Source: Podarcis liolepis
Taxonomy: Eukaryota
Strand: one strand, 5' to 3'
Assembly (NCBI GenBank): GCA_965112155.1
Contig: OZ218104.1
Length of the DNA stretch: 64,000 nt
Below the pieces are notes generated by a model. The model was not told where the DNA came from and made no database searches. It saw only the letters and a program-made list of their open reading frames with translations. Made by a program: the position numbers and the translations under genes. This document shows positions 49,761-62,345 of this stretch, in pieces; the first letter of the stretch is position 1; each line of letters opens with the position of its first letter.

Positions 49761-51724
49761 GCAATGACAACTTCTTAATTTAGCAAAAGGGAGCTTTTAG
49801 GTACCGCCCCAAAGGCAGTATTTAATATTTCCCCATCGAACTTGGCAAAGAAAACATTCCAAATTACAGTAATGCAATAAAGAAAAAAATGACTTCTAAA
49901 AAACAAACAAGCTCAAGACCTATTTGCATTATGAAAGAAGATGCTGATTTGGAGACACTGACTTCATTGGTATCACACCCCTTAAAATATTAAAGACTGC
50001 AATGTTAGAACCAAGACCACTAACTACCACAAGCTTACCGAATGAATTCAAAACTCCAGTCTCTACCAACAGCTTCCATTGTCCAATAAATCCAAAATTC
50101 CATCAGAATGGCTCAACTGCAACCAGAAATTCAACATGAAAGGGAGCCAAATTCACTTTGGGTTCACTCAAACACACTGTTCATATTATTCCAATTACTA
50201 GAGAGCTCTGAAGGACACACAGGTGTCTAAATTTCACAGTCCTTAAACAAGCTTGACAGCTTTCATCTTTCAATGCCAGGAAGTGACAGTCAAACACAGA
50301 CAGAATAAGGTTGTGCCAATAAGTATTCAGACTGGTTGGCTGAATTCATGCACTCTGCTTCATTAAGAAAAAAATAGAATAAACCCAACAGAACTGCTAG
50401 GTCTGAACATGAACTATGGTCAGTCACAGTTTGCAAGATACACTAATGATTAAAATCAAATCAGTCAATTTTAATGTCCCAACTATTTCAACTTGATTTG
50501 AAATCTTATTTGACAATTTCACGGCTGGCTTTTAAATCCAACTCTGTTTATGATTTTCTTCCCCTCCCCCTGCCACCCCCAAATCAAGGGTGTTACTTCT
50601 CCCTGCCCCCACCTTTTTATTTCACTTTTAGGCACTTTTTCAACAGTACCTTCCTCCAGATACCTGGTTTTTAAAAGAATAATATCCCTCAAAACCAGAT
50701 ATCTGGAGGAAGGTACTGTTGAAGAAGTGCCAAAATTCGTTTGGCAGCTGTGAGCCCATAACTAAACAGGAAATAGAAAGACTTCCCCAAATCTACTGGA
50801 GGGGTAATATATGCCAAACAAAATCATACCCACAAGACTTTAATGAAAGTAGAGAATACAAAGTTTTAGTTTTAGTTTTAGTTTTAGTTTCTGGGAACAC
50901 ATCTGGGAGGCAGAATGCACAGCACAGACCAACTTTCCCTAACTTGGTTTGCTCCAGATGTTTTGCTGCAACTCCCATCAGCCCAAGATGGGAGTCATAG
51001 ATCAACATCAGAGGGTGGGCATCAAGTTGGGGAAAGGCTTGCATAGGCAGATGTAGCTAACTTCACTAGGTCAAGGAATAAAATGGTGGATGGCAAGCAA
51101 TGTGCAAAAAATAATAATAATTAAACAAGCCAAAGTCTTCAAAACAGGGAACTAATCCAACCTTAAACAAGTAAGTTCAGGCTTATGTGGAACTTCCTAA
51201 AGATCTGAAAATTGAGCCAAAAACCACAGAAACATAGTAGACGGGAAAGGGCAGTGATGCAGAAGCCAGGTGACAGAGCTATCTAGGAGCATCTAAAAGC
51301 AAAAGGCAACCGGACAAAACAGCATGTTTTTGGAGGGAAGCATATTAACCATAGTTTGCACCAGTCTGCACACAACTGAAATAATTCCTAATGTAAGGAA
51401 CACAATGAAAAGATGAGAAAGGAGTGATCATGCATTCACAAGACTGTCCCTCTTTGCAAACCATAGTTTCCTAGCAGTCTCCAATATACCTGGCACCAGG
51501 TTTTCCCTCTATTACTTATGCAGGCAGTGATCATTTTGCACATGTCCGTATTGACGTACCCACACCGGCAGGGGCAGGGCAGGCTGACGTATGACCGCTA
51601 ACGTGCGAATGACCTAGAACACAACCCCCGTGCAAATGGGGAGCTTCCTGTACCAATATGACTCCAATTCAATGTTTTCACGATTGGGTCCAAGAAGCTT
51701 TCGAATATGAGAATAATAAACAAA

Positions 51725-51906
51725 GAGCATAGCTTAGAGGAAGGGCATTTGCTGTGCATGCAGAAGGTTCCAGTTTCAATCCCTAACTAGAGCTGGGAAT
51801 GTCCTCTGTCGGAAACCCTGGAGAGCTGCTGCCAGTCAGTATAGACAACACTGAGCTGAGATGGACCAAGGGTCTGACTCAGTCTGAGGAAGCTTTCCAT
51901 ATTCCT
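51725..51906 (+). mobile_element. tRNA(Ala-like)-derived SINE
   Basis: TGCATGCAGAAGGTTCCAG...CTGGAGAGCTGCTGCCAGTCAGT...ATGGACCAAGGGTCTGACTCAG. Confidence 0.75.
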
Positions 51907-52569
51907 GCTACTAGCAGTGTTTGCTCTTTTGGCTTAGCTATATAACGCCAAATAAAAGCTCTTTGATTTAGCTTTTGGGAAGCAACCAATATTTACAGGC
52001 ACCTGCCCTATTTTACTTTCTAACTGGACTAGAAGCTTATTAAAATGCGAAGAAAGTTCAGCATATGCAAGCTCAGCAGCTGATCACTTTGGGAAGACTT
52101 TGGCCACCCCTGGTAAGTAATTGAAAGGAACTTTCAAACAAGAGACTGGTTAAACTCTTTCATTTTGAAGAGATAAGTTCAGGAGCAAAAATGCTCTTTC
52201 ACATTTCATTCTGCAATCACTAAAACTTTCTTGACTTCCACAGTAGTTCACTTATTTGTCACAGATACACACAAGCTGCTTTTTGCTAGGCTTTCCTAAT
52301 TGCATGAATCTAACCATAATTACAGGTTTAGCCTCCTTGTATATTGCACCAATATACCTTTTGAAATGATTTATGAATAAATAGTTCCCCAAAGACAGGA
52401 TCAGAGCAGAAGAAACCCTTCCAGTTTAACAGCCTTGTGATTCAGGTTACTACAAGCCCAACAACACATCTGCCCAAGAAATATGAACATCACTAAGCAG
52501 TGCCATCTCAGAGATGATCTGGTTGCTTGCTTAGCATCCCAAGCTACTTCCCCATGCCAATTGCCAAGC

Positions 52570-52870
52570 TCCACTAGAACCTTATTCTCCATGAATTCGT
52601 CTAATCCCCTTTTAAAGCACTCCAAACCAGCAGCCATATCTACATCTTGTGGTAACAAATTCCAGTTTAACTACACACTGTGTGAAGCACATAATTCTGT
52701 TTGTTTTGAATTTTCCTACTATTGTGCTTCAATGGATGTATGAAAGAGAGAGAGAAGCATTTCCCTTTCCACTTTCTCCAGACCATGCATAATTTTATCC
52801 ACCTGTATCATGTGTCTCCCGCCCCGACTTGATTTTTCCCTAAGCTAAAAAGACCTGAACTTTGTAGCTG
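52570..52870 (-). mobile_element. Old CR1-like LINE 3' coding fragment
   Basis: Minus-strand translation WNLLPQDV...FKRGLDEFM resembles the CR1 ORF2 C-terminus. Confidence 0.65.
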
Positions 52871-52920
52871 CTTTTCATAAGACAGAATGCAAATAAACAG
52901 GGCAGCAAAACTACTCCATC

Positions 52921-52923
<3 letters not shown>

Positions 52924-52970
<47 letters not shown>
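52924..52970. repeat. (GA)n microsatellite
   Basis: Direct reading. Confidence 0.95.
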
Positions 52971-52976
<6 letters not shown>

Positions 52977-55818
52977 CCAGGTGACAAATCAGTCCAATCC
53001 AAAGGCCAGATGAAATAAGATAGCCTTAGTGGTCCAGTCACAGGCAAACAGCATAGGGGCCACACAAACATTCCTTGGGACAGGGGCACAATCTCAGCCC
53101 CAATGTCAAAGTGGCTGTGTCCTGTGCAGTCACATTTACAAATTCTTCCTCTGTACAAAAAAAACAAAACAAAAAAAAATTCTACGCAACTTGAAAGAGA
53201 TCTCCTGGTCACCCCGGTAAAACAAGACAAAAGTGTTTTGCTTACTTAAATTAACCCCAGAGCCAAATACAGAAATCTGATGCCTAACCCAATTTAATGA
53301 GGATCAGTCAAGCATGCTGGCAATGCGGGGGAGGACAACAAAGATCCTGCATAATGCGGGTCCAGCCCTACTGACACAATGAAATAACAGCTGCTTACAA
53401 TGGAAAGGCCATTCTGCAGGGCGGGATGGGAGAGGGGGTGGAAACTGGCAAGTGGTGATAACAGGGACTGAAAAACAGATAGGTGCAGCACTCCAGCATT
53501 ATGAAAGAAACAGCTGCAAAAACGTTATCCTTCTCCAGATATGATCTTTTACACTTCCTGAGATACGTGGCTTTTCTCTAGACACAACCCCCCCCCCCGC
53601 ACCTTCCATCTCACACTTTCAGTTCTACAAGAACAAGATGCACACATTTGGTTTCAAGAGGTTAGCAAATGGGGGGGGGGTGTCCCGCTTTGTGTGGGCT
53701 TTCTAGACTTTGCTCCAGCTTGCAGGTATAGGCAGCCTGTGGTTGAAGTGAATAAGCAGTTAACTTCTGAATCCTGTAGTGATCAGACTATTATTTATGC
53801 ACACAAACACACATTGAATGTATGAAGCTGGTATTTGGGAAGGGTCTTCATTTTTATCTTCACAAGCTCTCCTACCAAAATCATAAATGTAAGAACTAGA
53901 AATCATAGGCAAACGCATAGCAGGTATGGAGTCCCACAAAAAGTTGCTAGAATGAGAGACCCAATTGAGTTTGGAAGCAAGAGCAATTGGGGGCATTTCA
54001 AGCTGTCAGGCATCATTATGGACTGGCAGCCCAGAGTGCCTGGCTGAGCAGACAAGCAAGTTGCGCAGAAGGCTAAAAATTGAAGCTTGATCTCACCTCC
54101 TCAGTCATGAACTCCCAAGGCAGTCTTGTGCAAGCTACTATCTTTCAGCACCCTAGTTCACCCCCATCTGTGGCACGGCGCAAAGAACACAGGAAGTTGC
54201 CTTATACCGTGGCTTACATACAATGGATGGATTGACTAACACCCAGGTTTTGGAATGTTTTGGAATGTTTTGTCCCAGGAGATTCTGTTAGCATTCTCTT
54301 TGATGAATTCCTGGCATTTAAAAAAAAGTCATATTTGTGGCAAGAAGCATTTTAAAGATCTATGTGGCTGATTTGTCATATCTGTCATTGGTCTTACCTA
54401 TACCTATTTCCAGCACAGCCTTTGGAAATGTCACACTTGGATCAACCGAGATATGCCTGGTGGGTGTCAAACCTTCTGGGCAGCACTACAAAGAGCAGCA
54501 AGAATTATTTGCTTCTCACCTTTTCCTTAATATGGAACTGTAACACTGGAAAGCCAAAGGAAACAAAAGGAAAGCTTGATTTCATCACAGACATGTTGAT
54601 TTTTCTATGGTAGTATTTTTCAAGTCAGAATTGCACCCTGTGCATGCAAAGCAGCAGAAAACAGGCACGGCTGCAATTTCTGGCATCTGCGCAAACATAA
54701 TTTCCGGTGTTGGCATCAGAGCATGCACAGATGCAATTTCCAGCACCGCGGAAGCGAGCCCCTGTGCCGCACCGCAGGGACTCGCCGAGCAGGCGGCTCA
54801 GTTCGGGGGCAGCTCAGGGGTTGGTTAAACGACCCCCATGGGCCGCTTGTGGCCCATGGGTCTTAGGTTGCCTACCCCTGAGTCAGGCTAACATGGGACT
54901 AATATGCCTTAAGGCTCCTAAAAGAAGAGCCCCGGGAAGTCAAAAGACTGTGGGTTTCAAAACAAGCCAGGATGAGTATGCAAACCTCATAAGAGCAGCA
55001 ATAATGAATCAAGCCAAATGCCTTTAGTCCAGCATTCTGTGGCCACCAGAAAGTAACGAGGCGCCCAACAGCCCATCATGAAGGCAACAACAATCCTCTC
55101 TCAGCAACTAGTATTCAGGTAGCTTTTGAAGGCAGAAAAAAACCAGGGCTGCAGCAATCCAGAGAAATGCTCACCTCACCCAGCTGTTGCCTGAATCTCC
55201 TCAAAAGGCCAGTCTTGGGCTGGATTCACACATGAAATCAGCAACATGGGAGTCAGGGTGCATGGATACAGGTGTGTTTGCAGAGCACAGGGACTCCGCA
55301 CAGGGACTCCGCACCATAGAGAAAGGCTGCCTGCAACCTTGGAGGCCCAATGCCCAAAACTGAATTAAGAATCTGCAGATAACACTGAGCACCAAATGTC
55401 ATGTATCTGTAGAACTGAAGGAGACAGTCGGCCTTAAGTATGATCATCCTTATTTTTATTTTTTTTAATGTAGATGTTCTGATGTGAATGGGGCATCAAG
55501 TGCCAGAGGGGAAGGCTTCACTTACATCAAAGGTGCAGGCCATTTTAAAGGTTTGTTTATGACTTTCAGCAGATGTATTTAAAAGGGGGGGGGGGAAACC
55601 TCCCAAAAATTACTCTCCGAAGATAGAGGTGAACACTCTATTCCAAGATTCACAGAATTGTAGAGTTGGGACACCCTGACAATCATCTAGCCCAACACCC
55701 TTGCAATGCAGGAATATGCAGTTGTCCAATACAGGGATTAAACCTGCATGGCAAAAAGAGTAGGAAGGGGGGAGCGAATGGCTGCCCTCCGTTGCCACCT
55801 CCACTGGAGCCATATAGC

Positions 55819-56170
55819 CAGGGGCCGAGGAAGCCTCTCCAGCACCCACTGGCGGAGGAAGAGGAGTGTGTGGGGAGCGCACTGCACCCGGCAGCGTGAT
55901 CCTGGTGGGGTGCCATCGAGGCTGCCCCCCCACCCGCGCTGGGTGCCACGCCCCCAAGATGCATGTCACGCCCCTGTGGGCGGTGTGCCACACCCCCGGG
56001 ACGCGTGGCAGCCCCATCCCCGCCTGCTCTCCGCCCCCCGGTGCTGGAGCATGAAGCTCTGCCACTCTCAGCACCCAGGGCGGGGCACGTACGAACGCCA
56101 CACACACACATACCCCCCAGGGTGGCACCTGGGGTGAGCCTCCCTCTCACCCCCTCTTTGTATGCCCTTG
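55819..56170. mobile_element. GC-rich hAT-like MITE
   Basis: 8-bp TSD CATATAGC/CATACAGC; degenerate CAGGGGC.../...GCCCTTG termini; internal GTGCCACRCCCCC repeats. Confidence 0.75.
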
Positions 56171-56248
56171 CATACAGCACCCATTGTAAACAGCAGATGG
56201 AGAGATCTGATCATCTCAGATTTATAACTTAGAGGATTCTTCTATGTA

Positions 56249-56445
56249 CAGTGGTACCTTGGGTTAAGAACTTAATTCATTCTGGAGGTCCGTTCTCTGA
56301 AGTATCACTTTAGCTAATGTGGCCTCCTGCTGCCACCGCTGTGCAATTTCTGTTCTCATTCTGAAGCAAAGTTCTTAACCCGAGGTACTATTTCTGGGTT
56401 AGCGGAGTCTGTAACCTGAAGCGTCTGTAACCCGAGGTACCACTG
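56249..56445. mobile_element. Tc1/mariner-type MITE, family B (internally shorter)
   Basis: TA|CAGTGGTACCTTGGGTTAAG ... TAACCCGAGGTACCACTG|TA. Confidence 0.88.
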
Positions 56446-57154
56446 TATTCTTATTTTGAACTGCTTTGTTAAATTGTTTTATACAAGTTTAAGTTTTGCT
56501 TGTCACCTAGAACATATAAATTTAAAATAAATGAATAATGCCAGGTTACCAAGGTGCAGACATGTGCTCAGCCCACTAGAAGCGCCTTTCTGTAAGCCCC
56601 TTACTGTGCCTCTGCTGCAACAACAGTCCCAGAAGACAAATAACTGAAGAATGAGACCAAAGGAAGGGCCATTGTGAGTTTAGTCCTTATATGAGAACCA
56701 CCACCGCCCACATAAAATAGGGTGTTGATATTGCTACACACACAAGAACAGTAAACGAACATGAAATAAATTTGGAGCTAACGGAAATAGCTTCCCACAC
56801 AGCACCATTCGAAACTGCTGAAATGCACAGTTGACTCCCACCGGCCTGATGCCCTTTTGAGAGAGATGTAGCACCTCACAGTGTTTCAGCAATTTGCTAA
56901 GAGTCAGTGTTTTTTATGCCAATTACAAGGATAGATTTTGCATTAAGGAAGAAAAATTACTTAGGTCCCCCCACCTAGCTCACTAAAACATTAAATTTGA
57001 AGCTCCATCCCTGCAACACGCAGAGAGACACTTAAGTTTAAGACAACACCAAACCACCTCGTCAAGTGTCAAATTTCTATTGTTTCATAAAGAATGGAAC
57101 ACAGAGCAATTTCACATGTAATTTCAGTAAAAAGCCCATGGAAGCCCTTTACAC

Positions 57155-57296
57155 CAGGGATAGGGAACCAGTGGCCTTTCAGGTGTTGTTAGACTTCAGT
57201 TCCCGTCATCCTGGACCACTGGCTATGCTGGCTGGGGCTCATGAGTGTTTGGGGTCCAGCAACACTTGGAAGGGCCATATAGGTTCCTCAGCCCTG
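57155..57296. mobile_element. Short palindromic hAT-like MITE, high-copy family (also ~190-290, 3275-3400, 8550-8685, 11819-11956, 13055-13170, 45248-45385, 45450-45575, 50927-51042, 57880-57995)
   Basis: Shared palindromic body of the form CCAGATGTT..GGACTACAACTCCCATCA...TGATGGGAGTTGTAGTCC..AACATCTGG. Confidence 0.7.
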
Positions 57297-60200
57297 CTTT
57301 GCCTCATGGGTAGAGAAGCTGCAGCCCTTTAGATGCTGTTGGGCTATGACTCCTATAATGTATTTATTATTTTACTCACTATATTTATATTCCACCCATC
57401 AACCCAACTTTTATAACAAGATTTATCCCGTATCAGCTTGTCCATACACTGAAGATCCTTCTGAGAGGCCCTGCACTTTGTGACCCCACCAACACCCATA
57501 TCGTAGATTATCATGCTGGTCAGAGTCTTTTCAACACTGGCATAAAAACTGGAGCTTCCTTCCAAAGGAGGTCCATCTCATTCCATCTTCATTAGTCTAC
57601 CGCTATTACATGGAGGGGTTTCCCTGCCTTTTGGAGTTAATTGCTGAATGACTGACGTTGCTATAATTCTATTGTCTATTTTGTTGTTGCTGTTGCTGAG
57701 ATGTGCCTTGTATCTTAGCCATGATGCTTTAAAACAATGTACTAAAACAATCAGTATTTTCATAGTTGCTTCATGGAACCACAAATTGAAAGGATGTGGA
57801 AAAAACATTTTAACAAACAACTGTAAACAAAAAAGTTCTCATGAATGAATGCTGACGTTATACCTTTGCACTGAGATATAGTGCCTTCTAGATGATGTCT
57901 GACTCCCATTTCCATCAACCCCTGTCAGCATTGCCAATGGTAAAATATGAAGAGAGTTGGAATCCAACAACACTAGGAGGGCACTACAATGACTATTCCT
58001 AGTTTAACACTTGGAAGCTGTGTATAAGGTAAAATCTTCCATTAGAATTCTAAAAACAACTAATTACAAACAAGAAGCAGGTATTTTTTTGCCACACAGC
58101 TAGAAAGCTCAAAGTGAAGCCTGCCATCTAGTGTCTTGAGAGCGGAAGAGCCTGACTACACAACACATAACATGAGGCACTTATATAATTGGAGCAACCA
58201 GAAAAATTGGGCATGAATGCCAAGTTGAGGCTTGTCAGACAGGCAAGTGCAACAGGAACAACAACATTCTGACCAACATGCCTGCAAATCTTGAACTGAA
58301 ATAATAAGGGTGAATTATAGCCAGCAGTAAATTTTGTTTACAACTGCCACAGATAAGGCATTTGCCAAATATGAAGACTCTGTGCAAAAGGCAGCAAATC
58401 TATTTTAATCCATTTTATTCCATTTTTAAAACGTGTATGCCATGTCCTTGCCATCATCATTACTATTCAGAGAGGCTTAACAAGATCTCATTAAACACTG
58501 CCCTGCCTTTTATATTTATGGGACTGGTCTTAAGAATAAGAAGTGAATATTGGGAGACATTCCTTTCACTTTCAGCTCACCTCCCTATTGACCTCCCAAC
58601 TCCCACCATCCCAATGTTATTTTTCTCACAGGTGAGCTTGCTTATAGGATCAGAGCTCAGTTGGGAGGAAAAGTGAAGCTGGTGCTGCATAGAAACAGAC
58701 AAGCTGGGCTCAACCCACCTTGAGGGTGTGTTTCAGGAAGAGAGAAGCAGGGCAAACACTGAAGCAAACACTGACACAAGCACAGTCCATGTCCCCAAGA
58801 AGCCTGCCATCTAAAATCCTGGAGGCTTTATCAACAAAATAGAAATTAGTGTTGCCAGCACGTCAGTGCAATACAATTACAATGCTGCATAGTAACATTA
58901 AATGCATTTCAAAGGCCTGGTTCACATGTAACATGAAGTCAAAGTGTGGCTTAGCAAGCCAGTAATATCCAAGGGGGAAATTGCAGTCTCTTCACCTCTT
59001 CCCTGGTCCTGCTGCTGCTCCAGCACCACCCAGAGGTAAGCAATGGTTAGGTTTAGAAATACATCTGAAACCAGGTCCATGGTCGCTTAAAGAGAACCAA
59101 ATCATGAGCCTGACTTTGGACAACACAAGTCAAGGCTTGCTGCTCCTGGCACAACTAAAAGTAGAGGAGGAATGAACCAGGGATTGTTGTGCATCAAAAC
59201 TCTGCTCATTTGCATTAAGTCATAGCTAACCATTAACTAAGACTTAATGTGACATTTGAACACAGCTGCAAAAGATTTACAAATATACCATTTCCTCTAG
59301 TGCTGTGTCCTCCAAATCAAATCCATTCTGTAAAATTTGCCCCGTTTTCAGTTATGCAAGGAAGGGAAAATAAAAACATATGACTTCAGAATGCTGCTGT
59401 AAGAATAAAAAGTTTTCTAGGAAAGCAAGAATGACACAGCAAGCTTTTAATAGAGACCTGCACCAAAAAGGCATTGCTATGCTGATTCACATTAATCCTC
59501 ACTGCATCATAAAACCCAGACAACTATTATGTATCCTCCTCTGGAGGGTTTAATATCCACAAAAATTAATTAATTAATTAAAAAAATTAATTAATCTTTT
59601 CATGAGAACACAAGGCAAAACAAAAGCTCAATCTAATAGATTTTATCTTATTATCAGCCATATTACTCCATAAGGCAGCAGATTAGCTGCAGCAACCAAG
59701 CAGAAACTGCTTCTTCCTCACAGTTTCTTCAAAAAGCAGCCAGGGGAAAACTTTCCTTGGGATCCCCTCGTGGCCAACAAGGTGCACAACAATGCTACTC
59801 AGAAGACTCACAAGGTCTTCTAATCTAAATAGCTAAGCACCTATTGTGCAAGCAGTAAACAAACAAATGGCAAAGGGCAGAAATCAGTCCAGCCACCTGG
59901 TTGGGAAATACATGTAAGTAAATAAAAGATGGGGAGGAAAGTGCTGAAGTCAACAGAGCTGGTCTCAAAAGACCTGGACTGCAAAGCTCTGCTTCATGGC
60001 CACTCTGGCCTCTGCCCAGAGCCCTATTTGCAGTAGGTAAACTGATACTTGGTGGGAGGGAAGTAGCCCCATCGTCCCCCAAGCTACATGCATTAAATTT
60101 AATGTACACATAGAGTCTACAAAGATGCAACTATCTGCATGCAAAATTCTCTTCCAGGATTCCTAATTACACAGGGAGAACCCTAGGCTGGAACAGCTGC

Positions 60201-60518
60201 AAGTACACAGACTCCATGCAGGCACACAATACTCCCTATGTTCACTCTATGTTGTGAGTACAAGGCTACAGAGATCTTAAATAGTTACTTGGGAAGATAA
60301 AACAGCAACATGCTGCATCAATTGCTCCTAGCAACTGAAATCTAGCATTGCCAAGCTGGGCTGTTTGTGGGGAGGGGGGCAGTGTTAAACCCTCTGATTC
60401 AAAAGTCGCAGGAATTTTGGCTTTAGCTGCATTAACTCAGCCATGAAAAGTTTGCAGATTTGATCACTGCACCATGAAGGCATAGATTACTATGGGGGGA
60501 ATATTAAATACATCTGAG

Positions 60519-60663
60519 CAGCGCCTTTTTTCTCAAAAAATGTTTAGAGGTTCTCTCATTTTCCTACGCATCTTGAAATACTGCCCCTCAATGAGGCCAA
60601 ACTTAGATTCACAAAATGTTTAGGGGTGTGCGTACCCCTGCATACCCCCAGAAAAAAGCGCTG
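60519..60663. mobile_element. hAT-like MITE
   Basis: CAGCGCCTTTTTTCT ... AGAAAAAAGCGCTG; TSD CATCTGAG/CATCTAAA. Confidence 0.75.
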
Positions 60664-62317
60664 CATCTAAAAATAGAACCTTTACAACAATTATCACTTA
60701 GATTATCCAAAGAGCATTCTGCAGTACAGCATAGCTTGCATCAAATCTCAAGGGAAAAGAAATGGGGCAGTAACACTAGTGAAACATCCAATTAAAGGAA
60801 CAATTACAGCACATAATAGTAGCTCTGCTGTCATCAGGAGCACCAACACGAAGACATTTCAGTCACGGACTCCAGCATAGACAGGAAGCTGCAGTCATGC
60901 CAACCAAGTCATTAGGGCCTTGGAGACCGATTTCTGCTGTGTCCCAAGCTGGCCTTTCCATAACTAATCCCTGTCATTACGGGCACTGGGACAATGCATG
61001 ACAGAACAGTGCCTCCTGGTTCCCAAGTCTTGGACTACAAAAAATAAAAATATAAATCAATGGCCACTGTGCAGATTTTGGGTCACAAACTTTTTAAAAG
61101 GCTGCAACAATAAAACTAAGTCAGAAAATCTCTTTGCCATATCACTTAGGGGGGAGGAGTCTTTTTAAAAGGACACAATGTATAGTCTATACCATCCTCA
61201 AAGCAAATAGTTTCTTACAATTATCTCTAATAGATCAGGCAACACCAGAAATGTCAAAAGGCAGGTGGATCACTTGCAAAAGTAATTGCCTTTGCTGCAC
61301 ATTATGTATTGTTAAGAATTTTGGCAAAAAAAAAAAAAATCAAATGGAAAAGAGTTTACCACATCTTACTGGCAGCTTTGCACAAATTTTGAAACTTGCC
61401 AAATCCTTTTTATGCCATCAATTAAAGTCACTTACATAGGTTAATTTGACCTGGAAAAGTCATATAGCACAGACAACTGTTTTTAATTCCATAATCCTTT
61501 CCTTCACACACAACAAATGGCATAATGCCATGCACAAATAAATTAGAGAAGTGCTTCTGAACCCAAATAAATCATTTTCCTTCTCCATTGGTACACCACA
61601 ACCATTGGTCCATTTAGCTCAGTACTATCTACTCAGAATGAAAGTAGCTCCCCAGGTTTTCAAACAGCAGCTTTTCCTAGCCTTACATGGAGATGTTGGG
61701 GACGCAACTTGGGACCTTCTGCCTGGAAAGCATTTTTGAATTCTACCGACCTATAACCTCTCAACCGCAGAACTGTCATTGTGACCCAGAAGCTGTTTTG
61801 AGAAGAGCTTCTGGCATCATAACTGCTTTTCACAGAAATTTTTGAAAAAGCTGAGTGTACATAAGATCACATACTTGCAAATTTTTCAAACCAAGAGAGA
61901 AAATGTCTTCCAGGTCTAAAACTCATTCAGGTCAAAATCTTAAACTAACAGCAAACTCAGAGCTCTTTATGTACTTGTATGTAGGGTCAGGCATTTGTCT
62001 GGTGAAGGACTGATCAAATTCTGTCAAATAATCAGATATACTTCAGGAATTAACTTTATAAATTTAACTTTAGAATTCGAAGCACAGTGACTGCAATCTT
62101 ATGCATAAACCAGCTCAATATTTGACTGTGGTCAAATAAGATACAGTCAGTGCATAATATCAGACTAGTCAACTGACCACTGTACCAATGCCATTTGTGC
62201 CAGTGTGCCAATGCCACAATTAAGACTAAAAGCGAACTTTAAAAAATGAAAATTTAGAACAATTGGGGACAGAAGGGATTGCAAACATTGATTTTGGATA
62301 ACCAGAAGAGCACTTAC

Positions 62318-62345
62318 CAATGCTGTCTTCCATTTCCTGTGACAT
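62318..62345 (-). CDS. PHACTR4: PHACTR4 start-codon exon, coding part (MSQE)MEDSI(A); full exon 62318-62364
   Basis: Polypyrimidine tract ttctcttttcttttgcaag|ATTTG...ATGTCACAGGAAATGGAAGACAGCATTG|gtaagt; phase 1, in frame with 24444; resembles mammalian MEDPF|E. Confidence 0.88.

Larger units (their letters stand above)
45838..49765 (-). mobile_element. CR1 LINE, ~3.9 kb, 5'-truncated within ORF1, same orientation as PHACTR4
   Basis: 3' (ATTCTATG)n tail at 45838-45865; APE endonuclease motifs (CLYTNAQS, ITETW, GDFN, LDLVL, SDH); RT motifs ([28 protein letters not shown]); upstream esterase ORF1. Confidence 0.97.

Noticed and set aside
50863-50890. (TTTTAG)4 as an interstitial telomeric repeat
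   Set aside because: Not TTAGGG; a short ordinary microsatellite.
55610-56232. Cluster of overlapping 60-172 aa ORFs and CpG-island-like composition
   Set aside because: Explained by a GC-rich MITE with an 8-bp TSD; no protein-family signal.
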